Part shown: one piece after another, positions 48,039-57,393 of the stretch | Position numbering within the stretch: position 1 is the first letter of the stretch | How the letters are laid out: each line of letters begins with the position of its first letter | Source of the DNA: an uncultured bacterium | GTDB lineage: Bacteria > Bacteroidota > Bacteroidia > B-17B0 > Aurantibacillaceae | Assembly: GCA_966211905.1 (NCBI GenBank) | Contig: CBIHOL010000011.1 | Location: 1,901-65,900 of the forward strand | Reading direction: 5' to 3' | DNA length: 64,000 bases | Translations under genes and position numbers: made by a program | The notes under the pieces: model-generated | Database searches by the model: none | What the model saw: only the letters and a program-made list of their open reading frames with translations | What the model was told of the DNA's origin: nothing

Positions 48039-49880
48039 TCATATCCATTTTTCGAGTGAAGCGCCTTTTTTAAAGAAACGCGAGATTTTATTCTCTGTTT
48101 CCTCTTTGATCTTTAATTCAGGCGCATGATGTGGTTTTTTGCGGGCGTCGATGATCATGGCTCCCGAACAGCCCCAGTGTTTATTTTCCGTTTTCTCTCC
48201 AACACCATATATATCATGGCTTGGATTGCTCCTGGTGTAGGTGACCCACAAATAGTCATTTAATCCTTTACTCTCTTTCTTAAAATCAAAATCGTCGTAA
48301 ACAACCACCTGCACAATGCCTTCAAAGTCCGATTTTTTTTCCGCCAGCCATTCTCCGAGGACTGCCATTTCCCTGCGGGCAGAGAGATAATCGACAAATT
48401 TATTTCCTTTAACGGCCAGCACTCCTTCCATCAGCAGCACAGGGTCACTTATCAGCGCGCAGTTATTAATCTGCTGAGGCAATTGTGTTGCCAACTCCCT
48501 CTGTTTATCTCCGAAAGCAGCAAGTACCAGTTTACTTCCTTCGTTGATGGATTCACCGCTGTAATCAAGTGTATCGATGGTGGTTTTAGTATAAAAATGC
48601 AGGTCTCTTTTAAGATCAATTCTTTCAAAAATATATTTTAGAAATTGTCGGATGTTATGGCAGTCGAGATTTGATTCTGCATCAGCGGCAATAAAAAGAA
48701 ATTTGGCCAGGCTTAATTGACCGGTTCCCAGGATACGATTGGCCTGGGTGAGTATCTCGGCGGGCCGTTTATGTTGCAGGTATGGGGTATAACGTTCACT
48801 GCCTACTGCAAGAAGAAGAGGATGCACGCCTGCAGCATCAACTGCGTGTACTTCCTTTACTCCCGGTATCTCGTGTGGTATAGCGGTGCCGCTAAGTTCG
48901 TGGATCAAGGCACCGAACGCGGTGTCTTCCTGTGGCGGTCTGCCCACGACTGTAAATGCCCAGACCCCATTTTCTTTTGCATACACTTTGTGCACACGCA
49001 TAAGCGGGAAGGGATGTTTTAGGCTGTAATACCCGAGGTGGTCACCAAAAGGTCCTTCCGCCTTATTTTCATTCGGATATACTTCACCGGTTATTACAAA
49101 GTCAGCATCGAGAGAAATGCAGTAACCATCTTTATAGGCATATCTGAATCTTCTGCCGCCCAGTGCCCCCGCAAACGTGAGCTCGCTGATGCCTTCAGGT
49201 AAAGGCATTACCGCGGCAAGGCTGTGAGCGGGCGGACCACCAACGAAAATACTTACCTTAAGAGGAACATTTTTTTTGTTGGTCTTGCTCTGGTGTATGC
49301 CAATTCCTCTGTGGATCTGGTAATGCAGCCCTATCTCCTTATTAAGCACATAATCATTTCCGTTTAACTGTATCCTGTACATGCCAAGGTTCGATGCCAT
49401 TACTCCAGGCTTATCAATGTCTTCGGTATAAACCTGCGGAAGAGTTACAAACGCTCCCCCATCCATTGGCCAGTGCGTGATAAGAGGAAGATCTTCGATT
49501 TTGATTTCCCTGAATCCCGCCGAAGAGAAGGAACTTTTTTTAGGAAGGGCTTTTAATGCGGCTAGCCCGGTGGATGCATATTGAAGCGGTTTTTTTAATG
49601 CAGCCATGGGATCATTTCTCAGCTGCACGAGATCCTGCATTTTAGAAAGAGTATCCCGGAACATGAACCTGCTTCTTTCCATATTGCCAAAAAGATTGCT
49701 CACTGCTTTGTACCTGCACCCTTTAATATTTTCAAACAGGATAGAAGGTCCGTTTTTCGCGAACATTTTGAGATGTATGGCGGCCATTTCGAGATCAGGG
49801 TCAACCTCTTCTTTTATCCGGACCAGGTGACCATTTTTTTCCAGGTCATTAAGACATTCGTGCAGACTTCGGTAGCTCAT
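48039..49880 (-). CDS. UbiD-family decarboxylase, long form (menaquinone-biosynthesis decarboxylase type)
   Basis: 613 aa with UbiD-like blocks (NLGMYRIQL, VSIFVGGPP, GPFGDHLGYY) and an extended C-terminal half. Confidence 0.75.
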   Translation of the reverse strand: MSYRSLHECLNDLEKNGHLVRIKEEVDPDLEMAAIHLKMFAKNGPSILFENIKGCRYKAVSNLFGNMERSRFMFRDTLSKMQDLVQLRNDPMAALKKPLQYASTGLAALKALPKKSSFSSAGFREIKIEDLPLITHWPMDGGAFVTLPQVYTEDIDKPGVMASNLGMYRIQLNGNDYVLNKEIGLHYQIHRGIGIHQSKTNKKNVPLKVSIFVGGPPAHSLAAVMPLPEGISELTFAGALGGRRFRYAYKDGYCISLDADFVITGEVYPNENKAEGPFGDHLGYYSLKHPFPLMRVHKVYAKENGVWAFTVVGRPPQEDTAFGALIHELSGTAIPHEIPGVKEVHAVDAAGVHPLLLAVGSERYTPYLQHKRPAEILTQANRILGTGQLSLAKFLFIAADAESNLDCHNIRQFLKYIFERIDLKRDLHFYTKTTIDTLDYSGESINEGSKLVLAAFGDKQRELATQLPQQINNCALISDPVLLMEGVLAVKGNKFVDYLSARREMAVLGEWLAEKKSDFEGIVQVVVYDDFDFKKESKGLNDYLWVTYTRSNPSHDIYGVGEKTENKHWGCSGAMIIDARKKPHHAPELKIKEETENKISRFFKKGASLEKWI

Positions 49881-49887
49881 TCTTTAT

Positions 49888-49895
49888 TAGTTTTG
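49888..49895 (+). promoter_or_regulatory. Candidate -7 box (TAGTTTTG) upstream of the MazG-like gene
   Basis: Matches TAnnTTTG, 22 nt upstream of the ATG at 49918. Confidence 0.35.
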
Positions 49896-49917
49896 TGAAG
49901 GTATCAATTATAAAACC

Positions 49918-50244
49918 ATGACGATTACAGAGGCTCAGAAAAAAGTGGATGAATGGATAAAGCTGTACGGTGTACGGTATTTTAGTGAACTCACCAACAC
50001 CGCTATTTTAATGGAAGAGGTGGGAGAAGTGGCCAGGATCATGGCAAGGCGTTACGGCGAACAAAGTGAAAAAGAATCCGATAAAAATAAGGACCTGGGT
50101 GATGAGATGGCGGATGTTCTTTTTGTGCTGATATGCCTCGCTAATCAATGTAATATTAACCTTGAGGATGCACTGTCAAAAAATCTTGACAAAAAAACGG
50201 ATCGGGACTCAGAACGGCACAGGAAAAATGATAAGCTTCTCTGA
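49918..50244 (+). CDS. MazG-type nucleotide pyrophosphohydrolase domain protein
   Basis: 108 aa with the EEVGEVARIM ... DEMADVLFVLICLAN pattern (EExxE...DxxxD). Confidence 0.75.
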   Translation: MTITEAQKKVDEWIKLYGVRYFSELTNTAILMEEVGEVARIMARRYGEQSEKESDKNKDLGDEMADVLFVLICLANQCNINLEDALSKNLDKKTDRDSERHRKNDKLL

Positions 50245-50246
50245 TC

Positions 50247-51188
50247 CTAATAGAAGAGGTTAGGATTTCCAAACACATTTAGATAAAGCTTTGGTTTCCG
50301 GACCTGCTGCCCCTCCGAATACAGGAACAGGTTTCCGTTGGTATCGACCATGGGCAGGTGGCAATTTTTAGTTCGCGTTGCTTTTTCAGGTAAAAATTTC
50401 ATGTTGTGGATCAGTTTATTCTGAATAGCATTCCTTACCTGTTCCGCATCAATCCCCGCACTCAGCTGGGCAACCTGCGAATAGCCCACATGGTATTTTA
50501 CCTGTGCGCTTAATAGTCCGTGTGATACATTGGTATATCTGCCGCCTGTGGTATCCATATAACAATTATTGTAAAACGCCTTGATGAGAAAGATGTCTTT
50601 CTTGTGTCCGAATTGTCCCGTCCACATGGTGCAGTTGATCCCTGCCTGCACTATGTCCTGGTATTGATATTGAAGCAGGAATGCACCAGTACGAAAGCGG
50701 TCCAGCATGGGCCTTGCCAGGATATCATTTTCAACCACAAGCCCTGCGCCATCGAAGATCAGGGAAATAATACCAGTTTGCTGCGTGGTTTTAATCGTAT
50801 TGAACCATGCATTGTACGAATAACCAACAGAATTCCTGTAGCTGCTTTGATTGGATACTGAACTTAAGAATGGATTATAAGTAGACGCAGCTCCACCGTA
50901 CGCATAAACAATTCCCTGTGACAGTACAAGTTCAGGGTGCATTATGCGTGGTCCATAACCCTTAAAGTTATAATAAGCCCTCACTTCGGAGTTGGCCTGA
51001 AAATGATCATTCAGATAATAAAAATGAAGATTAAACCCCAGGCGGTTTACATGTGTGCCAAAGGCAATATTGGCCGAGACATTAAACCCGATATTTTTTG
51101 AAGAATAAAGAAGGTCCTGAGATCTGGCGGTTACAACCAGTAGAAGCAGTGTGAGAGTCTTATACGTTATTTGCCTGCGGTTGCCCAA
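50247..51188 (-). CDS. Hypothetical exported protein, possibly an outer-membrane beta-barrel
   Basis: 313 aa. TTG start, signal-like YKTLTLLLLVVTARSQ, alternating hydrophobic/aromatic strands, and a C-terminal ...NVFGNPNLFY ending in an aromatic residue. The 5' end overlaps aroK by 29 nt. No family I recognise. Confidence 0.45.
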   Translation of the reverse strand: MGNRRQITYKTLTLLLLVVTARSQDLLYSSKNIGFNVSANIAFGTHVNRLGFNLHFYYLNDHFQANSEVRAYYNFKGYGPRIMHPELVLSQGIVYAYGGAASTYNPFLSSVSNQSSYRNSVGYSYNAWFNTIKTTQQTGIISLIFDGAGLVVENDILARPMLDRFRTGAFLLQYQYQDIVQAGINCTMWTGQFGHKKDIFLIKAFYNNCYMDTTGGRYTNVSHGLLSAQVKYHVGYSQVAQLSAGIDAEQVRNAIQNKLIHNMKFLPEKATRTKNCHLPMVDTNGNLFLYSEGQQVRKPKLYLNVFGNPNLFY

Positions 51189-51693
51189 CTATTTTTTTAT
51201 ATAATTCCTGAGCTGTTAAATTTAAGCCATTTACTGTAAGATGCGCCTGCTGGTATTGCAAAAGACGGGCCTGTAATTTTGTTTCAATAAATTTTGTGAG
51301 CTCATCCCCTGTGAGGCCTTTAATAAGAGGTCGTTCCTCCTTAACGCTCGAAAGGCGGCTGACGAGCGCTGCTACTGGAAGATCAATGAAAACCAGTAAA
51401 CCCGCCTTCTTTACCAACTCTGTAGTTTCTGAGCTGCCTAATGTTCCGCCTCCAAGCGATAAAACGAAATGCTCCTGTTTTGTTATAATGTCTTCCAGGC
51501 ATTTTCTCTCGACGGCGCGAAAATATTCTTCTCCTTTTGTGGCGAAGATCCTTGAAATGCTAATGTTTTCGGTCCTTTCAACCTCTTCATCAAGGTCATA
51601 GAAGGTTCGCTTTAACAGGGCCGCGAGTTTTTTGCCCACTGTCGATTTTCCGGAGCCCATAAATCCAGTGAGAAAGATCTTATCATGTAACAT
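51160..51693 (-). CDS. aroK: Shikimate kinase
   Basis: 177 aa with Walker A FLTGFMGSGKSTVGKKLA and the LSLGGG shikimate-binding block. Confidence 0.85.
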   Translation of the reverse strand: MLHDKIFLTGFMGSGKSTVGKKLAALLKRTFYDLDEEVERTENISISRIFATKGEEYFRAVERKCLEDIITKQEHFVLSLGGGTLGSSETTELVKKAGLLVFIDLPVAALVSRLSSVKEERPLIKGLTGDELTKFIETKLQARLLQYQQAHLTVNGLNLTAQELYKKIVGQPQANNV

Positions 51694-51706
51694 GGAACGG
51701 GACGGC

Positions 51707-52231
51707 TTATTTCCTGGCAGTTGCTGCTACAGGCGTGGAGATCTTGAAATTGATATTGAAAAGGAGGTTTTTCCCCACGGGTTTGAATGAACAATCATAT
51801 TCGTCGGCCTTAAACATCAACTTTATCAGGCTCGCGCTTACAGGGCAGTTTAAGGGCGCAGCCAGCAACTCCTGGAGTTCCTCTTTTGAATGTGAAGCAA
51901 GAAATTCGAGCTGCCGGTCGATCACATCTTTCTGATGATCATTAATGACATTCAGAGTGTCAATGAGATATTGATCCTCATTTTTTGAGACCGCTAACAA
52001 TGATTTGTAATGAAGGCGCTCATCTTCAGGATAAAAATTGTGACTGATAATGCTTTCCACACAATCCTTAAGAGCTGTATGTACGCGGGATACAACGAGT
52101 GGATCCTCATGATAACCCTCCAGTTTGCTCCGGGTAATCTGCAAAACCTGGGTCAATACAGTATCATCTATAAATCCGTAATAGCTGAAAATAACATTGT
52201 TATTGTGCAGCTTTTCAATCAATGTTTCCAT
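51707..52231 (-). CDS. Hypothetical cytoplasmic protein
   Basis: 174 aa with no signal peptide. N-terminus VIFSYYGFIDDTVLTQVLQITRSKLE. It weakly resembles small GHKL/anti-sigma-kinase-like proteins; I cannot confirm this by eye. Confidence 0.45.
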   Translation of the reverse strand: METLIEKLHNNNVIFSYYGFIDDTVLTQVLQITRSKLEGYHEDPLVVSRVHTALKDCVESIISHNFYPEDERLHYKSLLAVSKNEDQYLIDTLNVINDHQKDVIDRQLEFLASHSKEELQELLAAPLNCPVSASLIKLMFKADEYDCSFKPVGKNLLFNINFKISTPVAATARK

Positions 52232-52318
52232 AGATCTAACTTTTGTTACTGAACTTAGTGCGTTTAAAGGCAGAACCTCCGGGAGGTCTCGATGGGAGGT
52301 ATCGTTGATTAAAGGTAG

Positions 52319-53296
52319 TTATTTTTTGCTTTTTGCAAAATCTTTGGCAAAATAGGTCAAAATAACGCTTGCGCCGGCTCTTTTAATGCTTAAAAGGATC
52401 TCATCCCTTACCCGGTCGCCATCTATCCAGCCCTTTGCTGCTGCGGCTTTTACCATGGCATACTCTCCGCTTACATTGTAGGCAGCAATTGGAATATCGA
52501 AATTGTCGTGCAGGGACTTTATAATGTCAAGATAGCTCAGGGCAGGCTTCACCATAAGAAAATCTGCGCCTTCTTCGAAGTCAAGATCGGCCTCAAGAAG
52601 AGCTTCGCGGGCGTTTGCAGGATCCATCTGGTAAGTTTTTTTATCTCCAAACTTAGGAGCGCTGTCAAGTGCATCCCTGAATGGACCATAAAAGGCGCTG
52701 GCATATTTTGCCGTGTAACTCATTATGGAAACATCGTGGAATCCGTATTCATCAAGAGCTGACCGGATCACACCCACACGGCCATCCATCATATCACTTG
52801 GCCCTATAATGTCGGCACCTGCTTCCGCCTGCGCTACGGCCATCTCCGATAGGATCTGCAATGTTTCATCATTCAGGATCTTTCCATCGTGCACGTAGCC
52901 GTCATGACCATCGCTGCTATATGGATCCATCGCAACATCCGTCATGATCACCGCCTCGGGAAGCTGTTTTTTGATCTCACGGATGGTTGAAAGATACAGA
53001 CCATTCTTGTTGGTAGATTCGGTAGCTTTTTTGTCCTTTAATTTATCTTCAAGCGCGGGAAAAATATCAAACGTGGTAATTCCAAGTGCAAGGCAGGACT
53101 CAATTTCTTTAAGCAAAAGATCGGGGGAATACCGGTAAATGCCGGGCATAGAGTCTACTTCCACGCTTTTTTTTGTCCCTTCAATCAGGAAAAGAGGAAA
53201 GATAAGATCCGATACACCAACGCTGTTTTCCTGGATCATATTTCGGATCGCTGAACTCTTGCGGTTGCGGCGGGGGCGACGTGGAATGTTGGCCAT
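52319..53296 (-). CDS. hemB: Porphobilinogen synthase (delta-aminolevulinic acid dehydratase)
   Basis: 325 aa with RPRRNR near the N-terminus, active-site lysine blocks DFLMVKPAL and YNVSGEYAM, and a C-terminal ILTYFA. Confidence 0.92.
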   Translation of the reverse strand: MANIPRRPRRNRKSSAIRNMIQENSVGVSDLIFPLFLIEGTKKSVEVDSMPGIYRYSPDLLLKEIESCLALGITTFDIFPALEDKLKDKKATESTNKNGLYLSTIREIKKQLPEAVIMTDVAMDPYSSDGHDGYVHDGKILNDETLQILSEMAVAQAEAGADIIGPSDMMDGRVGVIRSALDEYGFHDVSIMSYTAKYASAFYGPFRDALDSAPKFGDKKTYQMDPANAREALLEADLDFEEGADFLMVKPALSYLDIIKSLHDNFDIPIAAYNVSGEYAMVKAAAAKGWIDGDRVRDEILLSIKRAGASVILTYFAKDFAKSKK

Positions 53297-53335
53297 AGTG
53301 GCGCAAAATTACTTCTTTCCGTTCAGGAATAAAAG

Positions 53336-54355
53336 CTATTGACTGGCTATCTCCGCATTATCAGGGAAGATAATGTTGTTGCGGTGATTCATCTCAAGCA
53401 TAGCTGCTAGCACAAGCTGTGAGTAATTCTGCGAAGCGCTTTTGAATTTGGCAGTCTGGGTTCTCCACAATGTATAAATGAGGTCCATGTTTCCCTCTGC
53501 AGGATTTACTGCAAAAAGCGCCTTTTGCACATTGTAAGCACCAGCATGATAGATATGCATAACCAGCAATTTAAACCACAGTTCATCAGTGCTGTAATTG
53601 GTGATCTTCAGCGAATCAAGCATCATTTTTGCGCGCGGAATGCATATTTTCTTTAAAAGACTGCTGGCTGCATATGCGCTTCTTTCAAAATCAGCGCGTT
53701 CATCTACCTGGCTGTTCACCTTTAAACCATACATGCGGGCAACGTCCTTCATAAGCTGAAAAGGACCATATGCACCAACGTTTGATTTTTGAAGTTTGTT
53801 AGGACTTTCAATTAAAAGGATCGCTTGCGCATACCATGGATCGACATCATTTTGAATAAAGCAGCTGATCCCCTTCTGGAAGTTCTGCGAAGTTTTTTCA
53901 AAATCATAAAAGAATTTTTTGCCGGTAGTTATAAGGATCTTATTGCAGCTGTCAACATTCCGTGAGCAGCGAAGGCTGTCAAGGTATGTTTTCTTCGATG
54001 CTTCACTTTTGCAATTCCAGTCCTTTATGCAGATCTTTTCGATAACCGACCTTGAGCTGGCTATATTTACAAGAGCGGTATCCTCATGAAGGTTCATGAT
54101 ATTCCTCCAGAAGCGCACCTGCGGTAACGTATCAACCTTATGCTGATATAACGCACGGTCAAGAATATAATTTTCATTAATATTTGTGCGCGGATTTACT
54201 ATACCTACCACGTCTTTACACATGCTGGTGCAAAAAACATCCTTGTAAGCAGACGCGCCGGCAGCCGAAGACTTTCGGGCAAGCGTGTCGTCAGAGAGGA
54301 TCCCTGCATGGGTGCAGGAGCAGAAAAGGGCAGCAAATAGGACAGATATACGCAT
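53336..54355 (-). CDS. Lytic transglycosylase (SLT-domain) lipoprotein
   Basis: Start moved to the ATG at 54355, giving MRISVLFAALFCSC. SLT core ILLIESPN...GAYGPFQLM...YHAGAYNV. Confidence 0.7.
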   Translation of the reverse strand: MRISVLFAALFCSCTHAGILSDDTLARKSSAAGASAYKDVFCTSMCKDVVGIVNPRTNINENYILDRALYQHKVDTLPQVRFWRNIMNLHEDTALVNIASSRSVIEKICIKDWNCKSEASKKTYLDSLRCSRNVDSCNKILITTGKKFFYDFEKTSQNFQKGISCFIQNDVDPWYAQAILLIESPNKLQKSNVGAYGPFQLMKDVARMYGLKVNSQVDERADFERSAYAASSLLKKICIPRAKMMLDSLKITNYSTDELWFKLLVMHIYHAGAYNVQKALFAVNPAEGNMDLIYTLWRTQTAKFKSASQNYSQLVLAAMLEMNHRNNIIFPDNAEIASQ

Positions 54356-54554
54356 TGAGTACTTTATAATGTGGATTTTAAAGATAGCAAAATTTTTGAG
54401 TATTCCATGTTCCTGCATTTGTCAATTTATGATAACGCCATTGTGAATACAAGTAACAAAGCCTGCGCCAGATTTATCGATAATTCTTAAAAAAATGAAA
54501 AATTCATCTGGAAATTAAATGGGATAGGGTAAACCCCTATTTCACTGGCAAAAA

Positions 54555-55577
54555 CTACTGAGCGGGGCGCTTATTATATTCTTCAATATATTGCTGAAAA
54601 GGCTTCTTTTTGTAAATGTCGTTGCCCAGGTACAATAATATGGGCTTCAGGCGGGTAGGGGCCTGATAATAATTCAGTACTTCCATCGTGTTTAGTTCCT
54701 GGTCAAGCACGCATAAAGCGGGAAACGAAAATTTGTTTCCAGTGAGCTTAAATGCGAGGTTGTGTAGCGGAAACCCGTTTACGAGTTGGGGAAAATATTT
54801 TACATTACTCAACAGTACTGTGTCAGTGCTGGTGGCGTCAAAGTTCACCAGGTAAAATAATTTATCAATTACACCTGCCAGTGAGGTATCATTAAAGGAA
54901 GTGGAATTCATTACCCTTCCTGAATGACAAAAAGGTGCGCCAATAGTAACAAGTACTTTTTTCGGCTTTTTTTTCTGCAGCTTCTCAACTTCCGCTATGG
55001 AATATACTTTTACTGACTTTTTTGGATAAGCAGTATCGGTGAAAGCACGTGAAAAATAAAAATTGAACTCGTCAAAAACGGTTGTCTGCCACACATTCTC
55101 AACCATAAATACAAGCATTGGTTCAAGTTTTTTTTCTTCCAGGTACCCTTGCGCCAGCATTGAAAAACTGTAACTATTGGTAACAAAAACAGTGGAGGGA
55201 TAACTCAGTTTTTCACCGAGGAATTTTACTGCCAGTTCGTGAGGCGTTCGTGGCGCGGCTGACAGTGGTTTGTATACAACGCCATTATACTCAATCGTGT
55301 CTTTTGTTTCGGCATTGAACTTCACAGGATAAAAATTCTGGTTAATATATCCTGCAAGACCGGCATTGGAATATGTTGTCCGCATCATATGCTTGCACCA
55401 GCCGCACCAGTCGGTGTAGAAATCAATCAGGAAAGGCTTGCTTACTTTTTTATTCTGTTCCTGGGCTTCCTTAAATGTGAGCCACTTCACCAGTCCGTCC
55501 TCGTTGGGCGTATTTTGCGCTTTCGCAATTGACAGCACTGACAGGAGGCTAAGAATGGCGATCAAATTTCTGATCAT
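54555..55577 (-). CDS. Secreted thioredoxin-fold protein (two thioredoxin-like halves)
   Basis: Signal peptide, then FLIDFYTDWCGWCKHM (CxxC motif). The second half lacks the CxxC motif. Confidence 0.7.
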   Translation of the reverse strand: MIRNLIAILSLLSVLSIAKAQNTPNEDGLVKWLTFKEAQEQNKKVSKPFLIDFYTDWCGWCKHMMRTTYSNAGLAGYINQNFYPVKFNAETKDTIEYNGVVYKPLSAAPRTPHELAVKFLGEKLSYPSTVFVTNSYSFSMLAQGYLEEKKLEPMLVFMVENVWQTTVFDEFNFYFSRAFTDTAYPKKSVKVYSIAEVEKLQKKKPKKVLVTIGAPFCHSGRVMNSTSFNDTSLAGVIDKLFYLVNFDATSTDTVLLSNVKYFPQLVNGFPLHNLAFKLTGNKFSFPALCVLDQELNTMEVLNYYQAPTRLKPILLYLGNDIYKKKPFQQYIEEYNKRPAQ

Positions 55578-55631
55578 AGGAATGTGATTAGGATGTCTAT
55601 TTTTTTATAAATTTATAAAGTAAATCAAAAG

Positions 55632-56564
55632 ATGAGGAATTTCACCCTGGTCCTCTTAACAATCTTTAATTCCTGCATGGCAGGTCAGAACTTTATTGCC
55701 ACCTACAATTTCGCAAATGTAACTGCAAGCACCGGTCTTACTGATCCCGGGCCGGCGCCAATAGTTGAAAATCTTGTAATGGGTAATTTCATCGCATCCA
55801 ATCCTGGCTCCAATCCCGGGGCATCAGGGCGGTTTTCTTTTTCAGGCTGGCCGGTTGGCGCCGCCGATGGAGTAAATGAATACTGGAATTATACCGCATC
55901 ACTTTCACCTTTTACATACTACGAGGTGGGCCTGAAAATAGCGCCAAACCATACGCTGGAGCTGAAAACTCTGTCATTCTATGTCCGCCGGTCCGGAACA
56001 GGTATCCGCAATTACTGTGTCAGGAGTTCTCTTGACAATTACGGCAGCAACATCGCTGCATCAACCGGCACTAATGTTAATCTGGAAGCTCTTCCCGAGG
56101 AAGTATTCTTCTGGAAGTACGACAGTATATCCACATCGAGTGATCAGCGTGGCAGCTCGCTGCTTCTGGGTCCGGACTTCCACGATCTTACTGATACTAT
56201 TGCCTTTCGTTTTTATGCCTGGAATGCCGAAGCCTCGGGAGGCACGTTCAGTATTGATAACGTAACGTTTGGCGGTTATGTGAAAGATACTTCGTTCTAT
56301 TCGGGAATTGCGGCCACTGATGTCCCGCGGGAATTTACTATTTATCCAAATCCGATTAACGGTCCACTTCTTAACATAGAAAGCCGCATGCTAATTGATG
56401 AGGTAACAGTGCTGGATCTTCACGGCAGTATTTTAATATCATACCATCCGAATGTAACAGAACTGCAACTTATGATTTCTTCATTAAATCCGGGTATGTA
56501 TATGCTGCGACTTCACGCCGGGGGCAGGGAAATTACGCGGAAGCTGCTGATTGGCGAACGGTAG
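55632..56564 (+). CDS. T9SS-secreted protein of unknown function
   Basis: 310 aa with a signal peptide and the C-terminal sorting domain FTIYPNPINGPLLNIES...LNPGMYMLRLHAGGREITRKLLI. Confidence 0.65.
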   Translation: MRNFTLVLLTIFNSCMAGQNFIATYNFANVTASTGLTDPGPAPIVENLVMGNFIASNPGSNPGASGRFSFSGWPVGAADGVNEYWNYTASLSPFTYYEVGLKIAPNHTLELKTLSFYVRRSGTGIRNYCVRSSLDNYGSNIAASTGTNVNLEALPEEVFFWKYDSISTSSDQRGSSLLLGPDFHDLTDTIAFRFYAWNAEASGGTFSIDNVTFGGYVKDTSFYSGIAATDVPREFTIYPNPINGPLLNIESRMLIDEVTVLDLHGSILISYHPNVTELQLMISSLNPGMYMLRLHAGGREITRKLLIGER

Positions 56565-56570
56565 CAATGC

Positions 56571-56601
56571 AAAAAGCCGTCGGGTTTTAACCGCGACGGC
56601 T
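56571..56601 (-). terminator. Terminator hairpin between convergent genes
   Basis: AGCCGTCG (56575-56582) pairs with CGACGGCT (56594-56601). Only the minus-strand RNA has a following U-run (UUUUUGC), so it best fits the gene at 56637-57104. Confidence 0.5.
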
Positions 56602-56636
56602 CGTATCCTCCAGCACATGTTGTTTGTCTATTTAAA

Positions 56637-57104
56637 TTAGTTGACGAGTCTTACTCTGTTTGCTTCGTACCATTCCCGGCCAAAGTAGGTGGGTTCGGCA
56701 TAAACATCATGAGAGAAGAAGATACATTCAATAATACCCAGCTTTTTCAGATACGTGGCGTAATCATGCACACGCTGATAATGATCGGGCGAAATATTAA
56801 GGATCTCCATGATCGATTTTTTCTTCTCCTGAATTGACGCGTGCAGGATCTTGTATTTTACATCACTTAGTCCATCGCTCACCCTGCTCATACCAAGGGT
56901 AGTGATAGTGCATGTAAAACCGTCCTCAAACACTTCATGATTTTTTACAAAACCTTTTTTTGCCAGGTGGCGTCCGAGTTCGTGCAACTGCTGCATGTCG
57001 AGATCTTTGCCTGCAACTTCCGAAATGTCCCAGATAGCATTGGGATTCTGAAGATATTTTTCAAGTAGCCAGGCGAGTGTGATGTCTATTATTTGTCCGT
57101 CCAT
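56637..57104 (-). CDS. Hypothetical 155-aa cytoplasmic protein, possibly two winged-helix-like halves
   Basis: No signal peptide. Two halves share an xLxKxG(F/I)(V/I) element (HLAKKGFV and YLKKLGII). No family I recognise. Confidence 0.45.
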   Translation of the reverse strand: MDGQIIDITLAWLLEKYLQNPNAIWDISEVAGKDLDMQQLHELGRHLAKKGFVKNHEVFEDGFTCTITTLGMSRVSDGLSDVKYKILHASIQEKKKSIMEILNISPDHYQRVHDYATYLKKLGIIECIFFSHDVYAEPTYFGREWYEANRVRLVN

Positions 57105-57188
57105 TTGTGTGTGGTTTTTAGTGAAACAAATTTACTCTTGCGTGTCTGTCCGAATTTCTTCGGAGTGTTTTTCGAAAATAGATAAAGG

Positions 57189-57202
57189 GGTGACGGGTTA
57201 AA
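57189..57202. repeat. Direct repeat copy 1 (GGTGACGGGTTAAA)
   Basis: In the divergent intergenic region. Matches copy 2 apart from a single-base indel. Confidence 0.6.
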
Positions 57203-57265
57203 GGTTATTCGTCTAATGCTATTAGCAATTTATTAACAGTTCACAATGCAATGTTATTTAAATTC

Positions 57266-57280
57266 GGTGAACGGGTTAAA
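57266..57280. repeat. Direct repeat copy 2 (GGTGAACGGGTTAAA)
   Basis: Starts 77 nt downstream of the start of copy 1, and ends 114 nt upstream of the selU ATG. Confidence 0.6.
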
Positions 57281-57393
57281 ACTCTGATCTTCCATGTTTT
57301 TTTCCTCATAACACTCTGATACCTTTTTGTGTGTGCGTATCCAACACATAAGTTACGAAATTTTGTTCAATATTGCGCATCTTTGTTTTTCTA

